A stretch of 64,000 nt of DNA from Oikopleura dioica (Eukaryota; Animalia; Chordata), in assembly GCA_907165135.1 (NCBI GenBank), contig OU015568.1, positions 6,138,001 through 6,202,000 on the forward strand. The letters run 5' to 3'. The translations under genes and the position numbers were made by a program. The stretch's first letter is position 1; the number at the start of each line of letters is the position of its first letter. Below, piece by piece: positions 49,783-64,000 of this stretch. Under the pieces are notes generated by a model. The model ran no database searches. It was not told the DNA's origin and worked only from the letters and a program-made list of their open reading frames with translations.

Positions 49783-51948
49783 TTAGAAAGCTTTTACTTC
49801 AGTCTTCGGCACACTTTCCGTCAGATCCATCTTCTCCGTCTTAGGCTGGAGCGCTGCGTCTGCGTGGAATTTCACATCTGCGTCGCCATCTTCGAGCAGT
49901 TCTTCTAGCGTGGGTTTGATCTAAAGTTCAGCTTTGATTCTCACAATTCTGGGAAGAAAACTACCTTTGAGTCGAAGACTTCAGGGCCGACAACTTCCTC
50001 CATCTTTGCTAGAGTCTTTGCAACATTGAAGCGGACATTGGCTACAGGATCTTTTGAGAGATTTTTGATTGCTGGAATCAGATCTTCCTCAACTGTCTCC
50101 TAAATCATTCAGTCAGTAAGAATACTGTGGATCTTTCTTACTCTCGAAAGCACTTCCAAGAGCTGGTTGACGCAGAACAGCATCGTCATTCGCTTCAAGT
50201 AATTTTGCTCTTCTGATAACTCGAGAACTAAAAGAAGGAATAATTGATCTATTTTATGTGCTAATAGTCCAGTACCTTTTGGAATCACGACCGTCTTCGC
50301 CCAGTCAGAGCCAAAAGTCGCCACTAGTTTCTTGACACTGACAGTAGCCGCTTCTCTGATAGCATAAACGTGATCCAGGAGCCAGGAAAGGGACAGTTCT
50401 CCAAGTCGATCATCAAACATCTTTCTTCCAAGTTGCTGAGCGAGGAGAGGCATGTGCTCAAGAATCGCCAGTCGCACTCGCCATTTGTTATCAGCTGCGA
50501 GTTCTGTGATGGCCGGAAGGAGCGTCTGTGACAACTGGTCGATTCCGATAACGTCATTCAGCGCGGCCAAGTTGGAGATGATATTCAATCGAACATCCGG
50601 GCACTTATTCATGCAAAAAATTAGTAGAAAACAACTTTGGATTACCTCGTCTTTGAGCTGCGTGAGGAAAAGCGGCAAAAGATTCTCAATAGTATCGTTT
50701 TCTCCCAAAATCGGCGCCAAACTCATTATAACACCCGCCAGCGAAGTTTTTACATGAGGATTGACATCGTTGACGAGCTCTTTGACGAGGGGAAGGATGT
50801 TGTTCATGACGACTTCGGCTCTAGTTGAATCTGGAAGGGCATCACAGAAGAGCTTGATCTTTGAGGAAGCTTGTGCTCGTACTTCTGACTCGTTGTCTCT
50901 CAAAAGCGCCTGAAAAGAAAGAGGACTAGCGAATGAGCTAAGATGACAGAACTTACAGTAAATCCAGGGATAAGATCTCGGACAATGAGTTCAGCTCCAA
51001 AAGTCTCCTGGAGATCAACAATCGACTGCGCGACCATGTATCGGACTCGCCAAGATTTGTCTCCGATGAGGCTCTTCATCGTCTGAGACAGTTCATTATC
51101 TGTTGTTTCGTTGTCCAAGAGTCGCGCGATTTCTACACAAGCTGGGATTGACTGGAGGCGAACAGAGTCTTGATCGTCGTTTGCGAAATGTTTGAAAAGC
51201 GGAATGATCTCTTCCTAAACAAAACACGCCTGAAAAATAACGAGAAAAGAAAATATTACCTTGATAATGGTGATCGCTGCTGCTGGGTCAGTTTCGGCCA
51301 TTTTAGCGTGAGTAGCGGCGGCAAAGGGGCCAAGAACTGTGGCTGCTCCGCGGCGCGTCATCGGTGTCTCGTCTTTTGCGAGTTCTGTAAACATCTTTCG
51401 CAGTAGATTCTGGTTGTCAATGCTCGTCGCTGGCAGCGTTTTGTAAGCAACTGGGAAGAGGGAGCAACTTGAAGATCGGCCAGTAAACCATTCGGAGGCT
51501 AAGAATGAGGATAAATTCAGAAAAAGGTGTTTGACTTACTAGCAAGGCGCTGGATAAGTGGAAGGAAATGCTTTTCAAACTCTTCTACTGACTGTTTTTC
51601 GGCGATGACCTTGAGACTTTCAATGGCCTTGTCTCTGACGACTGTTTCTTCAGAAGCGGCAAGGGACTCAAGTGGGCTAATAAGGCAGTGGGCATGTTTA
51701 GGTCCGCCGACGAGGTCGACCAGCTCGCATAATTTCTCCGCAAGAGCGCTCAGAATCTCATCTTCATCATAAATCGTGTCTGTCAAAAAGGGAATGAGCT
51801 CGGATCGTGTTCGTTCTTCGCCCAGCGCCAACGCGATAATATTTAGACTTTTGATGGAGTTAAGCCGATTCTGGACATCGTCGTTTCTGAGCTCGTCGAT
51901 CAAGACTGCGATCGGGTAAAGCTGGTCTTCCTCTCGCGTTGGCGGCAT
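49783..51948 (-). CDS. PPP2R1A: PP2A scaffold (A) subunit
   Basis: [53 protein letters not shown] and HEAT repeats. The A-alpha and A-beta paralogues cannot be distinguished. Confidence 0.95.
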
Positions 51949-52157
51949 TTTATTTCTGCTCTGAAAAGTAAAAATCAATACATACCAGCAACGCGGGAAA
52001 AGGTGAGTCATTACAAATATATGATATGTTGCCATAGAAAGAAAGAACTTTTTTGTCAAGGTTGGGTGGCAGTTTTTTAAAGGAAATGTTATGAAAAGAC
52101 ATTCTTAAGTAGCGACATGTATAATTTGCCTAGAGTGAGCTTCTTCGGAATGGTTCA

Positions 52158-53736
<1,579 letters not shown>

Positions 53737-53957
53737 TTTGCCTCGTTTCTGAAAAAGCAATACTCAATTTCGTTGAAATGGATTTTTTATCGAAAGTTAA
53801 GGATTTGAACGGCATTTGTTTGAGTCCAGGAAAAGTTCAGGAGCAGAATAAAGGAAAGAGTGGTTAAGTTAAAGTTAACTGACGTTCTGGAGCGGACATC
53901 TTTAAAATTTGTCACAGGAAAGGTGCTGATTCGAGCAGCTACAAAGAGGGCTGGAGG

Positions 53958-56900
53958 TTAGTTGTTTTCGTCAAGTGCAGCGGGAGACGGACTTGTCTCG
54001 ATGAGGGCGCTCACGCCGTGGAAGATACTTGATAAGTGAGGATTCTTCTTCATCTGGTGGAAGACGGCCTAAAGATAATGAGCTCTTTTACGATTCACAA
54101 AGACCTCTTACCAAGTAAAATTTCAACAGTTGAAGTCCACTCCTTGAATTTGATCCCCGTCCCTTGTTCCAAACTCTGACAGTCCTTTGCTTTCACAGAA
54201 AGGCTGTAGTGACTCAGCCAGAACTCCAGAAGTTCCTGAAAATATGACGTTAAAACTGAAGAAAATTGATGAAATTTATACCTGATAGTTTTCTAAAAGA
54301 GGCGTTCCATTGGAATTCTTTCTCTTTGACAGATCTGATAGGTAGGAACCGAGTCCGTTTGGAATTTGTCTGGCGGTGATCATGAAAACAAGGGAAGTAT
54401 TCAAACAGGAAACATTTTCCTGAAAAGAGAGGGTTAAAAATACGCTCTCTATCTTGATTTCGATGTTGGCTGAAATTACCTGGTTGAGTGTTTCTGGAGT
54501 AATAAGCTCAATGAGCGAAGCAACAAGCCTAGCGCGGACTTGCTTTGAAGACATGTAGTGAAGTAATTTTGACTTGTTGAAATCGTAGCCACTGCGAAGA
54601 AATTTGTGATAAGTGAGCGTCGCACAGCGGATGAACATGTTACTGTCAACGAGACTTGTTTCTGCTAGGTTCATGAAGCGCTTGAAGCGAGCGTTTGAAC
54701 CAATCGCTTTTTCGAACATCTCAAAGGCCTGTTCGTTGAATTTCATTAGCTCAGCGAGCAGGTCAAAGTGGCCTTGTGACACCTAAAGAGTGAGCATTGA
54801 TTTCCTACTCTTTAGCTTACTTCTGAAGTTGTTTTGATTTCCAGTAGTAAGTGGAGCAAATGATCGAGAATTCCACGGTTCAGATAGAACGTCTAAAATG
54901 AACTAGAGCCTTCAAAAGCGTTAGAAAATTTACCTGGTCAACAAGGCATGTAGGCCCCCTTAAAAAGCTCTCGACAGCTCTGGCGATCCAAAAACGAAGG
55001 GTTGAAGTTTCTTTCGCCTCTTTCATTGCAACGAGTATGTTTGATAGGAGCCCGCGCTCACCCTCCCCGCAGTAGAGCTTTTTCTCGAGCACATGCAGAA
55101 CTGAGGGGTTCGGTTCTGTGCCCAAAGCGGTGCAAGAATTAATGATTTCAAGCAACTCCGGTTTCGATAGAAGCAGGTATTTGTTATCGTGGTGGTCGCA
55201 TACGGAGTGGACCAGTCGCAAGAATTGCACTAGGAAATGCGTGAAAGATGTTGATCAATTTCGAGGGTACCTTTTAAGGCAGTATCTGCGCTGCAATCAT
55301 CTGTAGGCGGGATAGCCAGCGGCGGCTCGTCAGTGTTATCAGACACCCAGATGAACGTATTGAATAACTAGAAAGAAAGTTACTTCAAAAGAAGTTACTC
55401 TTCGTTGATTTCACCTGATTCAGTCCGATAATCAAGCTTTTCTTCCAAACTTGCGCCTGGACAATTTCCTTGTGATTTCCACACAGCAACAAGGTGAGGA
55501 TGAAGAGAGCTTCGATTTTGTACATTTTTTCATTGTGCACTTTTAGCTTGTGAAGAGCAGAAGTGGAGGGATCTCTGGGCTCCGCCTGGGGCGCTCGGAA
55601 CTCAATAACTTCTTGCAAACTCGCTCTGAGCAGATGGATGGAAGTTTGAGTGACATAAGTTGTCGCCACCCATGACTGTAAGAAAAATAGTTTGCGTCTT
55701 GTTCCCTTGAAAAAAGGGGCCAAACCTGCAAGTTCTCTAATTTGTTCCAAACGTTTTCGGCCTCGTCCAACGGCCTTTTCGACAAATTAATGAGTCGGTC
55801 AACAAACTCCGAATCAGCCAGCGAGATCAGAATTTTTTGATTCGCATCGCTGATCGCATGGTTCGTCGAGTTGAGCAGCCATTCGTCGTGGGCTTTTGAA
55901 TTAAATTTAAAAAAGGACCTGATTCAAATAGGCTGTACCTTTGAGCGTGTCATTTTCAGGCTTGGCATTATCATTGTCGGACATAACAACGGCAATAACG
56001 CGGCATAGAAAAGGAAATTGAGCGGCTGTACATGACTAAAGGAACCATTTTCAAAACAGATTGGTTTTTATGAATAGCTGACCTGAACGACATCTTTCAG
56101 AATTTGAATTTTCTTGAGCTCAAGCATTGATTTTGTTTTTTGGGCGAGAACATCTTCTAACACTGTTGTACACTCGATAAAAACGTCATGATGACTTGCA
56201 ACGGGAATTAAAACGAACAAGAAATGAATAAACTGCTCATCGTTGACGACGATATTTGAAGAAACTTCCACCCAGTTAAATACATAATGAAGCACTAGAA
56301 TCTCACTTAAAATCGAAGCGTATTAAAAGTTGCTTACGTTCAAAAGCTTTTTTGACAAATTTGAAGTATGGGTCCCACATCGGCGCTGGTCCCTTTCTCA
56401 ACTTGCTCATCAATTGCATGTATTGAGTTTTGCAATCGTCATTCTCCAGGTGTTGCATACATTTGTTGATCGTCTAAAAAACCTTACTGATTCTGTATTA
56501 ACGACTTAGCCTACCAGCAGCTCCTGTAAGGTGAACGTTCTATTGGGCCTCCTGATCAGCTGGACCAGCGACCTGACGAGATCGTACCAGTAAAAGAAGT
56601 CGGCGCAAGAAACTGGCTTGGGATCCTCTGGCGCGCCTTTTTGCAACTGATGGACTTGCTCTTGCAAATCCGCCAAATCCCTCAAAAGACCTCTCTGTCC
56701 ATCTCGATCGGTAAAGTGAATTTCCGACATATCCAAGTTCGATTTAGCCACGGCATCCAGCCGCCTCAAAATTTCAAGGATAGTTTTCAGCGTTTCATGC
56801 CGCTGCTTCGACGTCTCGCTTGAGTCGATGTGGAGACGGTCGTTGAAATGAGTCCATCGCTTTGATCGTCCAACTTGTGCCTGGCAGCGGAAGAGCTCGA

Positions 56901-57069
56901 TTACACTTGAAAATATTTAATTGAAATCAAGGAAGAGTGCTTTTTCTTACTTTGGAGGTTCTTGATAGTCCGCAGGTTTTTCTTTCTCCGGCGTTCGTTT
57001 TACTTCTGGTTGTCTCCGCTCAGGCCTTCGTGGCCGAGAGAAGCCCAACTCATCTCTCGTCCTAGGCAT
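53958..57069 (-). CDS. TRPC4AP: TRPC4-associated protein (TRUSS/PPP1R158)
   Basis: RFWIARAVESFLRG, DLLAELMKFN, LVDSNMFIRC and QENVSCLNTSLV motifs. Confidence 0.85.
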
Positions 57070-57360
57070 TTAAAAGGAAAAGATGGCCGCCGCCAGATTT
57101 GAAGATCTGAAGGTTTTTCGTAAAAAGATTTGTTTCTTTGAACATTTCGGAAGGAGAATAAAGCAGAACAGAAAAATGGAATAAATTCCGAGAACATCGC
57201 AGTGAACATCGAGAAAGCGAAGAAGCAGTGAGAAGAAAAGCGAGAAAGTTAAGTTGAATAATACTATCTAAAGATCTGGGTCGCCAACTGAAAATTGAAT
57301 ATTCATACAGAACTTGAATAAACTTAAAATTGAAAAACTGGTAAGCTTTGAATCGGTCTC

Positions 57361-60300
57361 TTATTCGTTCGGGTTTCGCCCAGAACGATGCGTGTACATG
57401 AACTTTAATCGATCGCGAAGTTTTTCGGGGAAGTGGCGAATGAATTCGCGCACTTTTTCCTTCAATGTATTTGAATGGCCGAATTCACCAATGTATTTGT
57501 ATTTTATGTGGTAGAGCAGATCCGCAATGGCGTCCACATGAGTTAGCTCGACCTTTGAATTTCATTTATAAAATACTGAAGACGTCTTTTTGCTCACCTG
57601 TTGCCCGATTTGATGGATCAGCTGGTAAAGTTCAACAACGACTTCTGACAAAATGCGCGTTCTCTCTTTTTCCAGGCGCGATAAGAACGGGCTGATCAAG
57701 TGTAGAATGAAAAGAAGCTGCGTCTCAGTTCTTAGAATTGGCCGAACCTCGTTCTTGAAATTCCAACAGTAAAATCAAAGCAGCTGATAAAAAAACTACC
57801 TCTAAGAATTTGTGCAACGGCGTCAACTGTATAATCGCCATGTGGGACCAGCAGGCGTGCACACACGTGATCATTCTCGCTTTTTTGCGAGTTTGACGAT
57901 TCTTTGTTCTCTCAAAGGAAAAAAACCTGTTCTAGCTCGTCGTAAAACTCGCTGCCCCGCTGCCTAAATAATTGTCCGACTCGCGCTGCTCCTCCGGGGA
58001 GAAGGAGAAAAATTGAGAGGGGTAAACGCCGTCAGGAAGTTGGTGCGGAATTTGAAGAATTTCGGGCGAGTTGAGAGCTGTTATTATTGCTTGATTCACG
58101 ACTTTGGAGTATTCGTAGGGCAAATGCGCGATGATCATTCCAAACGCATTGAACCACTTTAATTATTTATTGAAGTCGATTCTTTTCTATAGATAAACTT
58201 ACCTTTGGAATATCTTCAACGGGAATAGGTGAGTCTGGCTTGACAATAAGATCAATCAAGCTCTGCGTGACCTTTTGAATCGAGCAGGGCAGCGTCATCA
58301 CTTCTATACAACTGGCGAATACCGTCAAATTCACAGAGTTAGTAAACTCCATGTATCGCCAGTCAAGATTCAGCGAGTCGAACTCCCTGTCAGGGCCGAT
58401 TGCATCAACTCGCATGACCAGACGACCAAGAAGATGCATCCAATAATCTTCGTCGGGAACCCAGTTAGCTTCTGGACGGAAGTTTTCCTCCGGAATGGCC
58501 AAGTATTTCTCACTCAGAGCCCAGTACGCCGGGCGGACTGAGTCGAATTCTCGTATGATTTTCACTGCGAGGAGGCGCTTTTTCGCTGCTGGCAGTTGCG
58601 TGAAGCAGTACAGTGTCTGGTAGACAAAGGTGAGTGGCTGGTGATGGAATCTGTAAAGAGACACGAATCGGTCGAGAATAGTCTCTAAGCATTCAGGATT
58701 GGTTTCGATCTCTGCTAGCTCCATTTCAAGATATCGATGGATGAAGAGGTCGATGACGGGGAGCATTCGGAAGCAAACATTTCCGAAATAGACTGGCAGA
58801 GGTTTTACGATTGGTTCTTGAGGCTGTTGAACTTTTGACGCGAGGATTTCGAAGTTGAACGATTCGGGAAACTGGTGGTGGTAGTTCAAGTGATATCTAG
58901 GCAAATAAATGCTGAAGAGAAAGCTACAAAATGGACAAACCTAAATTGATCTTCGTGATTGAAATGGTCGGTTGGAAAGGTGTTTTGCAAAAACTGCACT
59001 CGCTGGAGAAAAGGATTCTCTCCCCCGTCTGCCTTGTCATTGAGCATTAGCAGTTGCGCAACAATGAGAGTGTCTGGCGAGTCGCACGGTCGAAGAACCA
59101 GCACATGGATGAACTGATCGAACGGAATCACGTGCTGGTCCCAAATAAGATGCAGAAGATACTGAATGTATTTGTGCACTTCGTCCTGGTTTCTGCTGAT
59201 TTCTTCAACGATGAAATCGGTAAATGTTCTCAGTTGATTCCTAAATGTCTTGGGCTCCATCGCCTGTAGAATTCTGTAGAAAATTGCAGGAAGTTTCGTG
59301 GTCGATGCTTGAGTCCACATTGGCTCCAGCAGCTTCCAAATAATGCAAAGAAAGACGGGCGTTGCGTTGGGATCGACGAATCGTTGGATCATTTCTGATT
59401 CGTTTTGATTATTCGCCATCATATTTTGAAAGTGCATTCTTTCGTTTTGCACGACTTGAGCTAGGTTTGGGATCGCGTTGCTTTGCTGGTGCTGCTCTAG
59501 GTACATTCTCATTGTATCCGGCAGTCTCCTAAGAGTCTGATACGGGAGCGTCAGGGGTGTTCGTCGAAGAATGTCTTCCAGGAATTTGTCGTACGAAAGC
59601 TGCGTCGATTGCCCAGCTTGATCAGCCATTGCCACTTTCGACCCATTCGCGACGGCCATTATCAAGCACTTGTTGAGTTCTTCACAGTCGGAGACAATTT
59701 GCTCAGGCTGATTACACAATTGAATGGCCCACAGTTCTCTCCCATGCGGGTTCGTGGTGAAAATGCGCTGGATCAAGTGAAAGCACAAGTCGCGAATGGA
59801 GCTGACCATTTGGAAGTTGTTCATTGTGTTGAGACAGTTGAGCAAAATCGAGTGGGCTTGATGGACGCTACCGATGTCTACGTGATGTAATCTGTAGCGT
59901 AAAATTTCGACGGTAATGTGCAGCTGCGGCAGGTGCCCGCTTTGAATGCACTCGTTCAAGGACGGTAGTGGGTTCATAGTTGGTTTGGACTTGATTCTTT
60001 CAGCAGTTAGTGGCCGGAAAATCAGCCCTTCTGTCTCCGTGTAAACTAGAAAGCGCGTGTAGGTGTTCACAAGGGCCGGAGAAGGGTGGATTTCCTGCGA
60101 GCGCGACTCTTGAAACAGCTGAGAGAGGATTTTGCGCGAGAACTCAAGTTTTCCATGCATGGTGATTCGATCGAGCATGTCGACTGACATCGGCTTTATC
60201 GCTCCGTGCGCTTGAACAGGCGCAGCTGGGGTCGATCCGGGCATTTCTACGACTCCCTCACCCGTAAGACATGCCATGACGCGGTCAAAGGGGGAGGAGA

Positions 60301-62280
60301 GGACGGAGAAGACATTGATCAGAAGCAAAAGACGGTAATCGCTGGAGAAGTTCAACCCGGCCACATGTGATTCGATTTCTTTCAGTTTCTCTTTCTGAGC
60401 CATTAAGCAGCGGGGGATTTGGACGGCTCCTAACTCGCCTTTGTCCACTGCTGCGCGCTGGAAATGAAGGAAGATGCACAAGGCCGAGTATCGCTGAATG
60501 AAGTCAGGAGAGTTTGGCTCTGGACTGTCGAGGGACGAGAAGAGCACATCGCTGTATAACTCGTTGAATAACTCGATGAATTGGTTGTTTGCCTCGCTAA
60601 AAATTCTCTTCTGGTTTGGTTTATTTCGCCTTTTTACCTTATCATAGCTGCCATAACAGCGGACATGTACTGTAGCAAAAGCCACATGATTGAGTCCCTG
60701 TTTCGAACAATCTGTTCCTGCGTCACTTTTCCTGGTTTTCCCTTCTTCTTAATTTCGGCAGTCAATGCCCTTAGAATCTCTCCAAGATTGATGTGCTTGT
60801 GCACGAGCATTTGAATGATCGGAACTTGGAGGTGCTGCCAAATGACTCTTCTTCCCTCCTCGTTTTCGGAATTGGAAGTGATGATGTCCATCAAGTATTT
60901 GACGATAAAAGAGGCGAGATTATTCTTCACCGGCGTCGTTGTCGGACCAGTGCTCATCGACATGATTGTCAAGAGCATTTCGTACGAGTAACGATGCGAG
61001 AGAACGTAGTAAAGGAGGCGATATTGCTGCTCATACTGCGAAGGATGGAAGGGGATCTTGACGTTGTCGGTCGATTCCCAAGTGAATTTCTCCGGGTGGA
61101 CGTACCAGAAGTTCCAGAACTTTCCCGAATTCTTGCATGTAAACTGTCATTTGGTATTCTCTGTATCTTTCTTGATCTTTCAACTAATTTCGCTAAATTT
61201 TAAAGGAGGGACCGTTTCCTTGAGCTTGGAATGATTGTATCGCACCATTGGAAGAAGACTGTTTTTAGCTTGGATGGTGATCATCGCCGCTAGCGGACGA
61301 AACGACGCTTCTAGCTTGGAGATATTTTGACTCAAGGTCCAACAAGGAGGAGGAGCATCTTTTTGTGTATGAAGGCGACGTATATCATTGAGGGACATGT
61401 ACGCAGGCAGGAGATTAGCGTCTCGGTCTAGGAGGCGATTCATCACTCGGGCGTGTGCCTGAAACAAGAATTGACGTCAGTGTAAAAGTGAACAGGAAGT
61501 GATTTTCAAGCGCGTAGAAACTTATTTCTCTGAGCTTTCAAGCAGCTAAGTTAGCTCTTATTTCTATAATTACCTGTATTGCTTTTCTGTTGACTGTATG
61601 GTTGGCTGGAATTCGCGGAAGCTTGTTAACGATGATAATTAATATCCTCTGTATAGCCTTGTAATTGACGACTTCGACAATTTCTCCGATCAAATTAAAA
61701 ACTGCAGTCCAGTGATAAGGTCTTTTTATCGAAAGTTCGTCGCTTTCAAAAAGCTGCTCCGAGAGTTCCTTCAATCCCAAATCCGAGTACTGGTTCTGGC
61801 TCGATCGGAAAGAGCCGTTTTTCACCATCATCGTCAAAATGTAGAAAATGAGTGTGACATAGCGAGGGGAGGAAAGACTGTAGATGTAGTCGCACAGCCA
61901 CTTGATGACTTCAGCGCGTTCTGGAGAGAGCTTGTTTGGATCGGCAGGGTCGAACTCGGGAAGGCTTTCGTAGAGCTCGTGGAACTTGCGCACACACATT
62001 TGAGCCTGCGTTTCTCTGAAATTTTAAGATTCTAGCGCCCTTCATTTTCGTTTTTTTCTAACCTGGATTGGGTGGCAGCGGCGACATAGGGTCCGAAAAC
62101 TTGAATAACAGTTTCGGACCTCAGCACCGATCCAAAGATATTTTTCAGACGCAACGAAATGTTGTTCTCTCCATTGACATCTGGCGACATTTCCGTTTCC
62201 ATCATGTTATTCTGAACATCCTCCGCCGCTTGCTGCTCGACAGCTGATTGTCCTGTGTGTTGCTGACTGTTGTCGAACAT
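57361..62280 (-). CDS. MED23: Mediator subunit 23
   Basis: NIFGSVLRSETVIQVFG, VNYKAIQRIL, SIMWLLLQYMS, SVDMLDRITMHGK, PSPALVNTYTRFL, LPVYFGNVCFRMLPVID and LDWRYMEFTN motifs. Confidence 0.92.
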
Positions 62281-62694
62281 TCTTTCTTTTCAGCTTCAAT
62301 CCTCTCTCAAAAGTCTCATCTAAATGTAAAAAAAACCGTTATTTTTTCAGATCATCTGAGATTTTCAGAAATGAGAAAATCGATTTTCTGAACTGAGAAG
62401 AAGGTAAATTCGGATCGAAAATAGAAGTTGATAAAAGAATTTCAAAGGGTAAGTCAGTAGCCAATAATTTCATGGAAAAATCGGGCGCGGACTTTGAATT
62501 TCTCCCGTGAGCGCGAAAACTATCAGAAGATAAGAGTACTTTAAGGCTTCTATCAAGCAGATAATAGGTAATTCTTAAAAAATTTTTTGGCTTCAAAAAC
62601 ATATTTTTATCGAAAAATTATTAAAATAGAAATTTTTCAAAGCAAAATTTTCCAAAGAAAAATTTTCAATAGATCACTTCTCTTTTGAATAAAA

Positions 62695-63074
62695 CTAACA
62701 GCTTGTTAGTAGGAGTACTGTATCCTCGCCAAAAACGCTGGCTGGTGAGTCCATCCCCGTAAAATGCACTTTAGGGTAGCGCGCTACTATTGGGCCGTCG
62801 TACGCGCCAATCCAAATTATCGGAAAAAGTGAAAAAGCTTTATTTACCACTTTGCGCCACTCTCTTTCATTTTTCATCCCTTCCAAAAATAGAGAATCAG
62901 AAGAAATGCATCCGAAGAATCCCTACAAAGACGGAGTGCCTCAAGAATTTTTGGGTTCTTGGTTTTCAAAAAGAGAAAATAATTAGTTTTTCTTGTGTCA
63001 ATGACAGTATTGAAGACCAAAGCAAGTAGGTGGATCTTTACAAAAACGAACAAGAAGCAAGAGAGTTTTTGCAT
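62695..63074 (-). CDS. Possible small secreted C-type-lectin-like protein
   Basis: Hydrophobic leader MQKLSCFLFVFVKIHLLALVF and WIGAYDG...SPASVFGEDTVLL; weak similarity only. Confidence 0.25.
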
Positions 63075-63214
63075 TTGAATGAAAGTGGGAAGATTCTAGT
63101 GCTGGAAAGTCGCCAAGCAGATTGGTTCATTACGAAAAGGCTTCTCAAAAGGTAGAAATTGAGCTGTTTTCTTGACTGTAAGAATGTGTTCTCTTGTGAA
63201 ACTTGCGCTCGGCA

Positions 63215-63284
63215 ACCTGTGTAGAAAACCTGAGTCAGGGCTCGAGGGAATTTTCGAACCTTGACTCAGGTTTTCTACACAGGT
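63215..63284. other. 70-bp hairpin with perfect 23-bp arms
   Basis: ACCTGTGTAGAAAACCTGAGTCA ... TGACTCAGGTTTTCTACACAGGT. Confidence 0.85.
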
Positions 63285-63479
63285 CGTCAAGCCCAGCTTT
63301 CAAACTTTGGAGCTAAGGGTCTAAAACTCTCCCTATATAAAGTACTTGGCCATGTATTATAGACATTTGCTGTCTAATTAAATTCTTTGATAGGCATTCA
63401 TCGAAAGAGTTCAACAGTCACCCTGTCAATTTTCATCCGATTTTTTGATTTTTATCTTCGAAAGAAGCTTTTTTTCTGC

Positions 63480-64000
63480 TTTTAGCTTATTACTTTTTAA
63501 GGGATTTCAATATCGACATATTGGAGGATGCGCGTCACGGATCTATTGTCCCCGTTCTGCCACTTAGGATCGGTCAAAGTCGATTTTCTAATTTTAAGTT
63601 CGTTTCTAAATTAGAATTTCTAAGTTGCTGTAATTGATTAAATAGTAACAAGAGAAGATCTTTGGACGATTGATCGATTTTGATCCCTTTCGGCGAGGCT
63701 GAATTTTTTATTCAACGCTTTGGACTTTGTAACTAAAGTGTTGGCTCTTGATCCTCCTGGCCCGCAGTCCATTGTCGCGCTGGATGTTGGCTGCGGCCCT
63801 TATGGAATTATAGGACAACTAGCCGCCAAGTTATTCAATTGGCAAGTGCGATACACAGGCACGGGCGGCTTTTCATTTCAAAAGAAAGGTTCAAAGAGAG
63901 AGAGGGACACCTTCTTATGCCCCTTCCGCTTTTTTTATACTTGAGAAGTTCGAAATCAAGCCCGAAAAACAGAACCAGTAGAAGAATCAAGGCGACTTGC
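63480..64000 (+). CDS. METTL16: METTL16-like RNA methyltransferase (partial, runs off window)
   Basis: RDFNIDILED..GSIVPVLPLR, and ALDVGCGPYGIIGQLAAKLFNW (SAM-binding motif region). Confidence 0.6.

Overview
Gene-dense, intron-poor-length (mostly 40-50 bp introns) eukaryotic genomic window. Its architecture fits the appendicularian tunicate Oikopleura (inference from intron size, packing and apparent operons). Recognisable genes: a hAT-derived BED zinc-finger gene, a SEL1L3-like gene, PPTC7, CUL1, a divergent homeobox gene, a GT31 galactosyltransferase, a multi-pass-membrane/pseudokinase fusion, a PHLDB-like gene with a nested antisense gene, a DD3-3-like gene, a TLC-domain gene, a PRDM7/9-like gene, a co-directional MED23-TRPC4AP-RBBP4-PPP2R1A cluster and a partial METTL16-like gene. 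There are also several non-autonomous DNA transposons with exact target-site duplications, two of them nested sets. The standout is bases 71-4492: at least 26 tandem, highly diverged exon-like cassettes, and the array runs off the left edge. Each is preceded by a nucleotide motif (GATTGTGACC-N6-10-AG). Read from that AG in phase 2, each gives an open frame through a zinc-finger C-terminal half (hydrophobic-x2-H-x4-H). The adjacent BED-finger gene has its finger split by a phase-2 intron between C-x4-C and exactly this half. The array therefore looks like a library of interchangeable DNA-recognition-helix exons (a mod(mdg4)/lola/Dscam-like diversification system), used by mutually exclusive splicing or trans-splicing. 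Coordinates were read by eye and exon boundaries of the larger genes are approximate.
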